Assembly: GCA_049322915.1 (NCBI GenBank)
Contig: JBMOPW010000020.1
Span: forward strand, 32,001-96,000
Reading direction: 5' to 3'
DNA from: Candidatus Zhuqueibacterota bacterium
Lineage (GTDB): Bacteria > Zhuqueibacterota > Zhuqueibacteria > Thermofontimicrobiales > Thermofontimicrobiaceae
DNA length: 64,000 nt
The stretch's first letter is position 1. The number at the start of each line of letters is the position of its first letter. The notes below the pieces were generated by a model. It had not been told where the DNA came from and made no database searches. It saw nothing but the letters and a program-made list of their open reading frames with translations. A program made the position numbers and the translations under genes. Positions 9,108-19,405 of the stretch are shown here, one piece after another.

Positions 9108-11003
9108 TCACTTCAGTTTTTGGATCTCCTGTTCCAGCATGGTCACCAGTTCATCGAACTGGGCGATGACGGCTTTGACAGGCTCCGGTTTGGAAAGATC
9201 GACTCCGGCTTTTTTCAACTGCTCCATCGGATAATCATTGCCCCCGGATTTGAGCAGAGTGAGGTAACGATCCAGCGCCGCCTGGCGTTCTTTCTTCGGG
9301 CCTTTGGTCACATCATCGTAAATCTGCGCCGATGAAGCAAAGCAGGTCGCGTATTGATAGACGTAAAACGGCGCATTGTAAAAATGCCCGATCCGCGCCC
9401 AGACCACATCCAGCAGTTCGTCATCGACGATGGAATCGCCATAGTAGGCGTCGAACAGTTCGTGCATGATCTGGTTGAGGGTTTGCGCGGTGATCGGCTG
9501 GCCTTGCTCCACCAGTTCGTGGACTTGCAGTTCATAATCGGCCAGCAGCGTCTGGAAATAAAATGTGCCGGTGATGCCGCGGATGGCCTGTTGCAGCAAG
9601 GCAATGCGCTCTTTGGGGTCTTTGGTCTGAGCCAACAGGTAATCCAGCAGCAGCCGCTCATTGAACGTGGAAGCGACTTCCGCCACAAAAATAGTGTACG
9701 AATGGTTGGCGAAGGGCTGATTTTCGCTGGACAGCAGCGAATGCATGGTATGGCCCAACTCGTGTCCCAGCGTGAAAACGTCATCCAGGGTTTCGCTATA
9801 ATTCAACAGCATGTAGGGATGCACGCCATAGACATTCGCGGAATAGGCGCCAGGCCGTTTGCCGGTATTTTCAAACACATCGATCCAGCCACCTTCCAGG
9901 GCGAGCTTGTATTTTTCGTTGTATTCCTTGCCCAGCGGTTTGATCGATTCCATGACCCATTTCTTCGCCTGCTCGTACGAGTAGGTTTTGTTGAAATCCG
10001 TGAGGCCGATGGAACCATCGTAGTTGTGATATTCTTCCAATCCCAGCACCTTCTTTCGCAGGGCGGTGTAGCGCTGAAGCGGCGCGGTATTGGCCTTCAC
10101 CGTATTGACGAGATTGGTGTACACCTCCAACGGGATGTTATCGCTGTCCAGCGCCGATTCCAGGGTTGAGGCATAATTCCGGGACTGCGCCCCGGCCCAA
10201 TCGCGCTGGCAGATTGAATTGTAGACAGCAGCATAGGTATTTTTGGTCGCGTCGTACACTTTGTAATGCGCTTCAAAGGCCAGCTTGCGATCCGCCTGAT
10301 TGGGATAGGTCGCCAGCACGAGACTGTAATTTCCACTGGTCATTTTCAATTCGGCGCCGGTGGAGAACTGCACTGATGGGAATTGAATATCCGACGTGGA
10401 CAATTCGGAATAGATGGACTGCGGCGTCCCGTTGAATTGGCTGTAAAATGAGAGCAGTCTCTCTTTGTCCTCATCCAGCACATGGGTTTGCTGCCGGTAC
10501 AGATTTTCCAGTCCGAACCGATAGGGCGCCTGGCCTTCAGTGCTATCCAGCCACAGCTTCATCGTGTCCCAGGGAATTTGCAGAATTTCAGGATTGATCC
10601 AGGAAGTGGCTGTTCCAAATTTAGCGAACAGAATTTGCACCTGTTGTAACCGCGCGGAAATTTCCTGATTGCGGGTGTCCGTATCCCGGGTGAATTGGGG
10701 ATAGCGGTACACGCGGTACGCCAGAATATTCATGTCATCCTGCAATTTGAGCGCATTCAAAAGCTGGTCCGCGCCGTTGCCGAGCGTCCCTTTCAATGCA
10801 ATGATCTTATCCATTTTCGTCTGCAAATCCGCCAGGCCTTTTTCCCATTCCTGCCAATTCGCGTAAATATCGTTCAAATCCCATTTGTACGCTTCTGAAA
10901 TTTCAGCTCGATTTTGTGATCGTTGTTGTGCCATCATTGCTCCTGCAAAAAGAAAAGTGAACAGAATCAACACCCATAACGCCAGGTTCATTTTTTTGTA
11001 CAT
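9108..11003 (-). CDS. pepF: Oligoendopeptidase F (M3B) with N-terminal signal peptide
   Basis: YKWDL, GKRPGAYS, HPYMLLNY, HELGH zinc motif, FVAEVAS, FYVYQYA. Confidence 0.92.
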   Translation of the reverse strand: MYKKMNLALWVLILFTFLFAGAMMAQQRSQNRAEISEAYKWDLNDIYANWQEWEKGLADLQTKMDKIIALKGTLGNGADQLLNALKLQDDMNILAYRVYRYPQFTRDTDTRNQEISARLQQVQILFAKFGTATSWINPEILQIPWDTMKLWLDSTEGQAPYRFGLENLYRQQTHVLDEDKERLLSFYSQFNGTPQSIYSELSTSDIQFPSVQFSTGAELKMTSGNYSLVLATYPNQADRKLAFEAHYKVYDATKNTYAAVYNSICQRDWAGAQSRNYASTLESALDSDNIPLEVYTNLVNTVKANTAPLQRYTALRKKVLGLEEYHNYDGSIGLTDFNKTYSYEQAKKWVMESIKPLGKEYNEKYKLALEGGWIDVFENTGKRPGAYSANVYGVHPYMLLNYSETLDDVFTLGHELGHTMHSLLSSENQPFANHSYTIFVAEVASTFNERLLLDYLLAQTKDPKERIALLQQAIRGITGTFYFQTLLADYELQVHELVEQGQPITAQTLNQIMHELFDAYYGDSIVDDELLDVVWARIGHFYNAPFYVYQYATCFASSAQIYDDVTKGPKKERQAALDRYLTLLKSGGNDYPMEQLKKAGVDLSKPEPVKAVIAQFDELVTMLEQEIQKLK

Positions 11004-11261
11004 GGTTCTTTGCCTCCAGCTTCGTTTGTTAGTCATTCTACCTCGTTGTGATTTATGAAATGATCGTTCGCCCATTGTGTTACGATATTCGTTTTGCCCC
11101 GATTCGCCCATTCAAAAAAGACATCTGATTTCAATTTCCCGGATGACGTTCCGGGTGAGCGTCGGTTCCTCGAATCGCCTTTGCGACATTTTCCCGAACA
11201 GCCGCAGAAACGCAATTCCCGGCGCAGTGGGGCTGACGTGCCGGGAACCGAACGCCATCGC

Positions 11262-12152
11262 TCACCGCAAGCGCGGATCCAGTGCATCGCGGAGGCCTTC
11301 GCCGATCAGGTTGTACCCCAGCACCGTGACGAAAATCGCCAGCCCGGGGAACAGGGTCATCCACCAGGCGAACTGCATCACCGTGCGGCCCTGCGCCAGG
11401 ATATTCCCCCAACTCGGCGTCGGCGGCTGAACGCCCAGACCCAGAAACGACAGCCCGGATTCGACCAGAATGGCTGCTGCCACACCCAGCGTGATGGCCA
11501 CAAACACCGGGGCGAGGACATTGGGAATGATATGGCGCCAGATGATGCGCCAGCGCCCAATGCCCAGCGCAATCGCCGCCTGCACATAATCGCGCTCGCG
11601 AATCGACAGCACTTCGGCGCGAACCATCCGCGCCAATCCCGGCCAACTGGTAATGGCGATCACAATCATCACGTTGTAAATATTGGGCTCCAGCATGGCG
11701 ATGACCATCAGCAGCAGGAAGAACGAAGGAATGCACAGCACCAGATCAACGAAGCGCATGAGCAGGTTATCGATCTTGCCGCCGAAAAAGCCGGCCAGCG
11801 CGCCGATAATGACGCCCAACACGCCGGCCAGGCCGGACGAAATGAATCCCACACTCATGGAGATGCGCGCGCCGAACATCACGCGGGCAAAGACGTCGCG
11901 GCCGTTCATGTCGGTCCCGAAGGGATGGTTCCACGATGGGGACTGATAAATCTCCGCCAGATTGATCTCGTTCGGATCATGCCGCGAAATGAGCGGACTG
12001 AAAATCGCGCCCAGCGAGAGCGCGAAAATGACCAATGCTCCGACCACTGCCAGTTTATTTCTGCAATATTGCCGGAAGATGATTCGAAACATGGACGTGG
12101 ATTGGCTTTTCTTCCGTTCCACGGTTTGTGTCACGTCGCTTGTTTCACTCAT
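11262..12152 (-). CDS. oppC: Oligo/dipeptide ABC transporter permease (OppC/DppC type)
   Basis: HPFGTD..GRD, EAA-like loop, LSFLGLGVQPPTPSWG, GEGLRDALDPR. Confidence 0.9.
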   Translation of the reverse strand: MSETSDVTQTVERKKSQSTSMFRIIFRQYCRNKLAVVGALVIFALSLGAIFSPLISRHDPNEINLAEIYQSPSWNHPFGTDMNGRDVFARVMFGARISMSVGFISSGLAGVLGVIIGALAGFFGGKIDNLLMRFVDLVLCIPSFFLLLMVIAMLEPNIYNVMIVIAITSWPGLARMVRAEVLSIRERDYVQAAIALGIGRWRIIWRHIIPNVLAPVFVAITLGVAAAILVESGLSFLGLGVQPPTPSWGNILAQGRTVMQFAWWMTLFPGLAIFVTVLGYNLIGEGLRDALDPRLR

Positions 12153-13119
12153 ATTTAATCCTCGGATCGACAATTCCGTATAGAATATCCGCCAACAGAT
12201 TTCCGAACAGCAGCAGGAACACGGAGAAGACGGACGTGCCCATTATCAACGGATAATCGCGCGCTAACACGGCCTGATACGCCAGTCGCCCCATGCCGGG
12301 CCAGGCAAAAATCGTTTCCACAATGACGCTGCCGCCAATCAGCCCCGGCAGGCTCAGCCCAAAAATGGTGACGATGGGCAGCAGGGCATTGCGCAGCGCG
12401 TGTTTGTAAATCACTTTCCCCTCGCTCAATCCTTTGGCGCGCGCTGTGGTGATGTAATCCTGCCGAACGATTTCCAGCATGCTGGAGCGCGTGTATCGGG
12501 ACAGCCAGGCCAGCCCGGCGAACGAAAGCACAAACACCGGCAGAATCGCGTGGCTGGCGATGTCCCAGGTTTTGTCCCAGAACGACAGATTCGAATAATC
12601 CAGCAGCAGCGAATGCATGCCTGAAATGGGCAGCCAGCCGAGCTTGACGGAGAAAATCATAATCAGCAGCAGCGCCAGCCAGAAGCTGGGAATCGCCATG
12701 CCGATGAAAACGAACACTGTGGAAATTTTATCGAAAACAGAGTACTGCTTCACTGCGGAGAGAATGCCGATGGGCACCGCAAAAATGTAGATGAGCAACA
12801 GCGCGGCAATATTGAGGATGATGGTGTTGGGCAGCGTCGCGAAAATCTGATCCAGCACCGGCCGGCTATCTTTGAACGAAACCCCGAAATCCAGCACAAC
12901 CATTTTCCTGAGCCAGTTCCAATACTGCACGTGCAACGGCTTGTCCAGCCCATAAATTTTTTCCAGACGCTCGGCAGCGATGGCCATGCCCGGACGCATT
13001 TGCGCTTCGAGGTCCGAGGGCTTGCCCGGCGCGAGATGGATGATCAGAAAAGTGATGATGGTGATGCCGAAATAGAGCGGGATGAGCGTCAGAATCCTGC
13101 GGATGATGAAATTGCGCAT
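12145..13119 (-). CDS. oppB: Oligo/dipeptide ABC transporter permease (OppB/DppB type)
   Basis: YGLDKPL, DYITTARAKGL, HALRNALLP, ETIFAWPGMG, DPRI. Confidence 0.9.
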   Translation of the reverse strand: MRNFIIRRILTLIPLYFGITIITFLIIHLAPGKPSDLEAQMRPGMAIAAERLEKIYGLDKPLHVQYWNWLRKMVVLDFGVSFKDSRPVLDQIFATLPNTIILNIAALLLIYIFAVPIGILSAVKQYSVFDKISTVFVFIGMAIPSFWLALLLIMIFSVKLGWLPISGMHSLLLDYSNLSFWDKTWDIASHAILPVFVLSFAGLAWLSRYTRSSMLEIVRQDYITTARAKGLSEGKVIYKHALRNALLPIVTIFGLSLPGLIGGSVIVETIFAWPGMGRLAYQAVLARDYPLIMGTSVFSVFLLLFGNLLADILYGIVDPRIKYE

Positions 13120-13243
13120 GAATATTTCTCGAATGTTGTTAGTGAGATGGATTCATTGGATTGATGAGTGAACAATGAAAAATATGGGTGCCCGGCCCGG
13201 TTCAACCGGCCGGGCGCGTTACAATCGAATGCGCGGTTCACCC

Positions 13244-16200
13244 CTATTCGATGATGACCATTTTCCGAACAAAATTTTCACCACCGGTTTTCAACTGGTA
13301 GAAGTACACGCCGGTGGGCGCGTGACGATGCGTCTCGTCGGCGCCGTCCCAGATGATCTGGTAAACGCCGGCTGCCTGACGTTCGGAATTGACCAGCGTT
13401 TTCACTGCATGGCCCAGCACATCGTACACAACCAATTGGACAGCATGGTCACCGGCCGGCACCTCGTACCGAATTGTGGTCATGGCATTGAATGGATTGG
13501 GATAATTCTGATGCAGCGCAACGTGCGTCGGCGCGACCACTGTCACCCCGACTTCCGGCGAGTAACTGACCTGCCCGTCGAAATCCTGCTGCTGCAACCG
13601 ATACGTCCACTGGCCGGCTGCGATATTCTGATCCACAAAAGTATAATCATGCGGGATGGCCGTTGTGCCGTTTCCGGCGACAAATCCGATACGCTGAAAT
13701 TCGCCGGCTGTTTCGTTTTTCTTCTGAATGAAAAAGCCGTAATTGTTGGACTCGGTCGCAGTGCGCCATTCCAGTTGGACTGCGCCATCGGCGAGGAACG
13801 CATTGAACGACGTCAATTCCACCGGCACAACGCCCAGGACGGTGATGGTCCCATTTTCCGTGGTCCGGTCAATGGCTCCGCCGTTGAATTGCATGCCGGC
13901 GAAGGTGATATCGCTGCTCGTCCCGTCCGCGCCAATGACGTTAAACTTGAGATAGATCAGCGGCCCATCTCCGACCAGCGGCGTGCTTCCGCTGGCATTC
14001 ACCGTGAATCCGCCGGAGAAGGTGTACACGGCCGGCATTCCCCAGATTTCCGTGAGGCTGCCGACAATGTCCACGCCTTTGAACTCCAGCACCGAGGCGT
14101 TGTAGCGCAAAGTCATCACATAGTTTTTCACGCCAAAGCCGGTCACAGCGGAAACCGCAGCCGGGGTATGCAGCGAACTCATCGATGGCTTGGTGCTGTC
14201 CGGAATGGAAACATGAATCACCGGCTCAAGCGGCTCTGTCACAGTGATGCGGCCATTCTGATTCGCCGTGACCGGATAGCCATAGTTGAACTGGACAACG
14301 TCGAAGACCAACTCCGTGCTCTGGCCGGGATCGCCAATCACATCGAACGCAAGTCCCACAAGCCCACCGGCGCCGCTGAGCGGCTCTGTCCCGGACATGG
14401 TCAGTTTTAGCCAGCCGTTTTTCGTCTGGAATGAAAAATTGCTCCAGCCGCTGGTCAACATGCCCTCTGTCGAATAAGCGGTGGCCGCGATAATCGTTTC
14501 GTCGAATGACACCTCTACGGTGCACGATGTGATATCCAGTCCGGTCACATCATCCACCTGCACCGGCATTACGAGCGAACTGTTCACCTCGGCCGTCGTC
14601 TGCGGCATTGAGACTGCAACCACGTGCGACGCTGTGGTCAGGAAATGCCCGTCGGCTGCGACGGCGAGCGGATATCCGTCATTGAACATCGCTTCGATGA
14701 AATGCAGCGAACTCTCACTGGCTTCGACGCCGGCAGCGGTGACATTCAGATAAACCAGGACGCCGGCTCCGGCAAGCGGCGTAGCGCCGTTTAGCGCGAT
14801 CGTCATTGTATCGTTGCTCAGCGCGACCAGCGGCGCATCCCAGCCCTGGGCCAGCGTGTTTGCAGTGACAACCTCCAGCAGCGACACAACCTGGGGATTG
14901 TATTGAACTGAAAATTGCACCGCTGTGATGGCTTCTCCCTTCAAATCGCCGATGCGCACCGGAATTTGAATGCGCGATTTGGCCGGGGCAGATGTGTCCG
15001 GCAAGGACATGGCGATTTCAACCGCCGGACTATAGCCATGACTTGAATACCGCGCCGTGAGCGGATGCCGGTAATGATTGGCGATGGTCTCGCCGGTCGC
15101 CCGCGGCTGGTTTTTTGGCAGGAAATAGGCCGTGTACGGCAGACTGAAGCCTCCCTCTATTTTCGTCCCGGTGAATAAAATGCCGGTATCGCCGTACGCT
15201 TTTCTATCCCCGGTATCCGAAGTATTATCTGCGGTTTTTCCGTTGGCGTTTTCATTGTCGTAGTAATAAAGCGTGTACGCTGCGCCGCTCGGCGGAGTGA
15301 ATTCGTTGATCATCACAAACGAACCGGCGTTGCCGGAGCAGAGGTACCAGTTGAGGTCCGGCAGTGGATAAATCACCTTCGAAGCCACACCACCATCGCC
15401 GTCGATCACAATGTCCACATTATTGGGATTATTGAACAACATGCCCACAGCATTGGCATTCAAATCGAACGATTGCCGGACAAGGCTGATTCCGTATTCT
15501 GAAGTGAGCGACTTGGTGGTGCCCAGACCGACCACGTTGTACGGGTAATATCGGGTTTTGAACGTCCCGACTGTGATGGCCACTCCCTGAAATTCAGCTT
15601 CGTACAAAATATCGCGGATGGTGCGAATGGGCCCGGTTTTGAATTTGATGCCTTTATCGATCAAATCCGGCTCCGCCATCTGAAACGGATAAATCGTGTA
15701 ATAATTGCCATTCACCCGCGCCTTTTGCCGATCCAGAAAATCCAGGCCATTGCCGCCGGCACTGCCGGGGACTTTCCAACTGTTGGCAACGCCGCCGCCT
15801 TTGCCGTTGCCGTCCCGCGGCGTGTGTCCTTCGGTGTAGCCCGCGGCGTGAATCGTGTCTGTGGCGGTCCCGGATGACGGGACGTACCGCATGTACACCG
15901 GCAAGTTGGGATCCGGGACTAATGTTGTCGACCGGTACACGTAGACATATTTGTAATTCAGGGAATCGTCCGGATTGGTGACCTGAATTTGATAGCGCCC
16001 ATACCGGCGCGAATCGCTGTCGTCAATCCACTGGAAGGCGCGGGCCGTATCCCCGGCGTCGCCGGCCATGAAAACGATTTCATCCACCCAGTCGATGACG
16101 TCGTTGTAATCGGCGTCAAAATATCCTTCATCGCCGTCCAATTGATCGATTTGAATTGTGATTTGCCGCCACTGATTTTCCGCCTTGTTGAAGGAATAAA

Positions 16201-16369
16201 GGAAAATCTGATTGATCGGAACAGTGATGAATGCCGGCATGTATCCCCCGTTTATGACAACGGCCTCTTTGTTCCTGAATTCATCCCAGCTTTGACCGAG
16301 AACGGTGACAGGGATGGCTGCGAAGAGCAATCCCCAAAGCACTACCGCGTTTATTTTCTTCATAAACAC
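13244..16369 (-). CDS. Secreted protein: unassigned N-terminal domain, three cohesin-like domains, Ig/FN3-like domain, C-terminal sorting domain
   Basis: Signal peptide; three ~130-aa repeats (V.vs.P..PV.v...G....YN/FD...G..PL.G.G.L..l.f); VPVELTSF; HQNYPNPFN..RKMVII. Confidence 0.8.
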   Translation of the reverse strand: MFMKKINAVVLWGLLFAAIPVTVLGQSWDEFRNKEAVVINGGYMPAFITVPINQIFLYSFNKAENQWRQITIQIDQLDGDEGYFDADYNDVIDWVDEIVFMAGDAGDTARAFQWIDDSDSRRYGRYQIQVTNPDDSLNYKYVYVYRSTTLVPDPNLPVYMRYVPSSGTATDTIHAAGYTEGHTPRDGNGKGGGVANSWKVPGSAGGNGLDFLDRQKARVNGNYYTIYPFQMAEPDLIDKGIKFKTGPIRTIRDILYEAEFQGVAITVGTFKTRYYPYNVVGLGTTKSLTSEYGISLVRQSFDLNANAVGMLFNNPNNVDIVIDGDGGVASKVIYPLPDLNWYLCSGNAGSFVMINEFTPPSGAAYTLYYYDNENANGKTADNTSDTGDRKAYGDTGILFTGTKIEGGFSLPYTAYFLPKNQPRATGETIANHYRHPLTARYSSHGYSPAVEIAMSLPDTSAPAKSRIQIPVRIGDLKGEAITAVQFSVQYNPQVVSLLEVVTANTLAQGWDAPLVALSNDTMTIALNGATPLAGAGVLVYLNVTAAGVEASESSLHFIEAMFNDGYPLAVAADGHFLTTASHVVAVSMPQTTAEVNSSLVMPVQVDDVTGLDITSCTVEVSFDETIIAATAYSTEGMLTSGWSNFSFQTKNGWLKLTMSGTEPLSGAGGLVGLAFDVIGDPGQSTELVFDVVQFNYGYPVTANQNGRITVTEPLEPVIHVSIPDSTKPSMSSLHTPAAVSAVTGFGVKNYVMTLRYNASVLEFKGVDIVGSLTEIWGMPAVYTFSGGFTVNASGSTPLVGDGPLIYLKFNVIGADGTSSDITFAGMQFNGGAIDRTTENGTITVLGVVPVELTSFNAFLADGAVQLEWRTATESNNYGFFIQKKNETAGEFQRIGFVAGNGTTAIPHDYTFVDQNIAAGQWTYRLQQQDFDGQVSYSPEVGVTVVAPTHVALHQNYPNPFNAMTTIRYEVPAGDHAVQLVVYDVLGHAVKTLVNSERQAAGVYQIIWDGADETHRHAPTGVYFYQLKTGGENFVRKMVIIE

Positions 16370-16554
16370 TTTTCCTCTTTGGCTTCATTTGAAATGGACG
16401 ATGCGGCATGCACTCACGAGAAAAATGGAGAGTCGCCGCGCCCGGATTGTTACTATAAATTCACGAATTTTTCATCAATATAAACAAATCTTTTTTGAAA
16501 ATCAATTTGTATTTCATTCGGAAATCATCTGATTGTCCGGCGAAACAGGCCGGC

Positions 16555-16593
16555 AAAAAATAATAAAACCACAGCGATGCACTGTGGTTTTAT
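16555..16593 (-). terminator. Intrinsic terminator
   Basis: ataaaaccacag / ctgtggttttat stem followed by a T-rich tract on the minus strand. Confidence 0.65.
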
Positions 16594-16620
16594 CAGGGTC
16601 AAATTAATCTGGACAACCAG

Positions 16621-18597
16621 CTATCTGAGGATGAGCATCTTTCGTGTCTCCTCAAAGTTCCCGGCCGTGAGCCGGTACAGGTAGGTTCCAGCCGCTACAT
16701 TCAGACCGCGCCGATCTTTGCCATTCCAGAGAACCTGATACGAACCGGCGCTCTGGCTCGCGTGGACGAGGCGGGCAATTTCATCGCCGAGGAGATTGTA
16801 AATCCTCAAATCCACCAGCACTGCGGAACCCGTCTCCGGAATCTGGTATCGGATGACCGTCTCCGGGTTGAACGGATTGGGATAGTTTTGCTCCAATCGG
16901 AACGACGCCGGCACGGTGATTTGCTCCTCGGCCACGCCAACCGGCAGAACGGTCACTGCCACAATCTGTGAGTAGGCGAAATTGCCGCTCAGGCCAATCT
17001 GTTTCAGACGGTAGGAATAATCTCCCACGACAACGGTAGTGTCCATGAACGCATAGACATGCGGTGAAGTGGTCGTACCAAAGCCATCGACAAATCCGAT
17101 TTTCTCCCAGTCGCCTGCTGCGCCTGTTTTGCGCTCAATGTCGAAACCGGCGTTCGCAATTTCAGAGGCGGTTGTCCAGTTCAGTTCGACGATACTTGTA
17201 CTCACGACTTCGGCTGTGAAAGTGGTCAAATCCACGACCTGGAATTCGACCGGCGCGATTTCGATCGACATTGGCGATTGGAAATTTCTGGCCAATGACT
17301 CGCCGACTGCAGGATCGGAATTGCCCGGCAGGAAGAACGATTTGTAGGCGAACCGCAGATTACCCACGATCTTCGTGCCGGCGCTTTGAATCAGAATGCC
17401 GGACTCGCCGAAAGCGCGCATGTCCCCGGTGTCTTCGCCCTCGTCGCTGAGCGTCGAATCATCTTTGAAATAGATCGAGTGCGTCTCGCCCAGCGAATCG
17501 ATTTTGAACAAATAGACGAACGTTCCCTGAAGGCCGGTGGAGAGGAACCAGTTCACGCCGTGCAGGTCCAGACTGTCGTCGAAAGACGATGTGTCCGGCG
17601 CGGGATTGCCGTCGATGACAATGCCCTGGGTATTGTAGGGATTGTAGAACTTCATCCCGGCGGCCTGTTCATTCAAATCGAACGATTGTTTGATGTAGTC
17701 GACCGAGTCCTTTTCCTGAACCCTGAACGACAGCCCGCCCGATTCCATTGAGTAGGGATAGTATTCCAGCGGCAAGGAAAATTCTTTTGCCTCGATGCCC
17801 TGAATGGCAACAGTCCACGTGACCTCCCGCAGCACGCGAACAGGGCCATCCTTGAAATTCACTGCCGGCGGAAATTCCTGCAAAAAATTCTCCCGGATGG
17901 TCGCCGGCATCACCACTTCAGAGCCGCCGAAACTGATATGCAGCATCAAATCCACGTGCAGTTTCTGCCTGTCCAGTATATCTTCCCCGTTGCCGCCGGC
18001 CGCCACCGGAATGGACAGATAGTCCGGAATTCCTTTGGTGTGCCCTTCAGAATAACTCGCTCCGTGTATGAAATCCGCGCCCTGGTCGTCGGGATCCGAA
18101 CTTGGCGCATAGCTGATATAGTCTTGCATGGCCGGATCGTGCGTCAGGGTTTTTGAACGATAGATGTACACCAGGGCCTGCTCATCCATGTGAGCCGTGT
18201 CGGTGATGGCAATGATGAACCGGCCATATTGCCGCGAGTCCTGATCCTCAATCCAGATGAGACCAGACGCCTCATCCCCCATGTCCCGCGCCATAAAAAT
18301 GATCTCATCGGTTGAATCCAGATCGCCATCGTTGCCGGAATAGGCGTAGCGTCCATCGTCGAGTCTCTCGTCGATCTGAGACGGAATCTGCGACCAGCCA
18401 TTCTGCGCGGCATCGTAGCGGTACAGGAATAGCTCCGAAATGGGGGCGTTCAACAGATCCGGGAACTGCTCGCCCCGGATGATGATGGGTTCATAGTCGC
18501 GCGTTGTATTCCAGCGGAGACTCTGCGACGCTGCGCTGGTGACGGTGACAGCGATGATAATGATCAATACCGTCCAATAGAAATTCTTGAATCTCAT
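16621..18597 (-). CDS. Secreted paralog of 13244-16369 without cohesin-like domains
   Basis: Same N-terminal domain (FLY.y..W.QI..QID..DEI.FMA.D.GD, LDRQK, QSFDLN, DTGD..A.G..GI); C-terminal EQNYPNPFNP; AAGGAGG RBS. Confidence 0.8.
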   Translation of the reverse strand: MRFKNFYWTVLIIIIAVTVTSAASQSLRWNTTRDYEPIIIRGEQFPDLLNAPISELFLYRYDAAQNGWSQIPSQIDERLDDGRYAYSGNDGDLDSTDEIIFMARDMGDEASGLIWIEDQDSRQYGRFIIAITDTAHMDEQALVYIYRSKTLTHDPAMQDYISYAPSSDPDDQGADFIHGASYSEGHTKGIPDYLSIPVAAGGNGEDILDRQKLHVDLMLHISFGGSEVVMPATIRENFLQEFPPAVNFKDGPVRVLREVTWTVAIQGIEAKEFSLPLEYYPYSMESGGLSFRVQEKDSVDYIKQSFDLNEQAAGMKFYNPYNTQGIVIDGNPAPDTSSFDDSLDLHGVNWFLSTGLQGTFVYLFKIDSLGETHSIYFKDDSTLSDEGEDTGDMRAFGESGILIQSAGTKIVGNLRFAYKSFFLPGNSDPAVGESLARNFQSPMSIEIAPVEFQVVDLTTFTAEVVSTSIVELNWTTASEIANAGFDIERKTGAAGDWEKIGFVDGFGTTTSPHVYAFMDTTVVVGDYSYRLKQIGLSGNFAYSQIVAVTVLPVGVAEEQITVPASFRLEQNYPNPFNPETVIRYQIPETGSAVLVDLRIYNLLGDEIARLVHASQSAGSYQVLWNGKDRRGLNVAAGTYLYRLTAGNFEETRKMLILR

Positions 18598-18972
18598 GGT
18601 GATCCTCCTTGCTGAATTCAAAAGATAATGAACTGTTTGCTTGTGCATCTCCGTTTCGAGTCGGTGATCCGAATGAATGAAGAACGATGAACCGAGTCAT
18701 CGTGTCGGCGAAATGTAGTCACGCCGCTGCATTCCAACAGTGTTGTTAGTCACAATTATAAAAAACTTAACCAATAATTTTTTTGCAACAATACCTCTGG
18801 CTCCCGGGCAGCGCCCCCTCCCCGCTGTGATCGGATTGCAAATCACTAGGCCGAATCAGGGGCTGTATGCTGCCGGTACGGACAAACATTCATGGACAAT
18901 TTAAATATTTTTTTCAAAATAGCAATAACTTTTTATTAACACTTGATCATAAATATCGGTTTAAAAAATGAC

Positions 18973-19018
18973 TTGACTTTGAACCATAATATTTTTATAT
19001 TTTGCCAATTAACGAAAT
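18973..19018 (+). promoter_or_regulatory. Sigma70-type promoter and candidate ArsR operator
   Basis: TTGACT-17-TATATT; imperfect palindrome ATTTTGCCAATTAACGAAAT at 18999-19018. Confidence 0.6.
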
Positions 19019-19032
19019 GATGAGGAGCAATC

Positions 19033-19377
19033 ATGGATCAATTAGTCAGAATTTTCAAGGCGCTGGGCGATAAGAATCGGCTGCGCATCGTGAAGATGTT
19101 GCAATGCCGATCGCTGTGCGTCTGCGAAATAACGGCAGTTCTGGAACTGGCCACGTCGACAGTTTCTAAACATTTGAGTATTTTGAAAGAAGCGGAAATT
19201 ATCACCGATAAAAAAAGCGGTAAGTGGGTGGATTATCATCTGGTAGCCGATCCCAAAAATATTTTCGTCACCGCCTTCCTGCCGCTCATCACCTTCTGGC
19301 TGAATGATGACGAGCAGATGAAAGCCGATCTGGAAAAATTAAAATCGACCAATCGGATAGAATTATGCAAAATATAA
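19033..19377 (+). CDS. arsR: ArsR/SmtB family repressor
   Basis: FKALGD..RLRI, LCVCEI metal-binding motif, STVSKHLSILK; heads the ars cluster. Confidence 0.92.
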   Translation: MDQLVRIFKALGDKNRLRIVKMLQCRSLCVCEITAVLELATSTVSKHLSILKEAEIITDKKSGKWVDYHLVADPKNIFVTAFLPLITFWLNDDEQMKADLEKLKSTNRIELCKI

Positions 19378-19405
19378 TCCGGGTGGTAGCGTCAGAAAAG
19401 ACATA

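Noticed and set aside
6109..14410. Long plus-strand ORFs 6109-7095, 9354-10169, 11094-12158, 13175-14410
   Set aside because: Antisense shadows of well-supported minus-strand genes with no recognisable motifs
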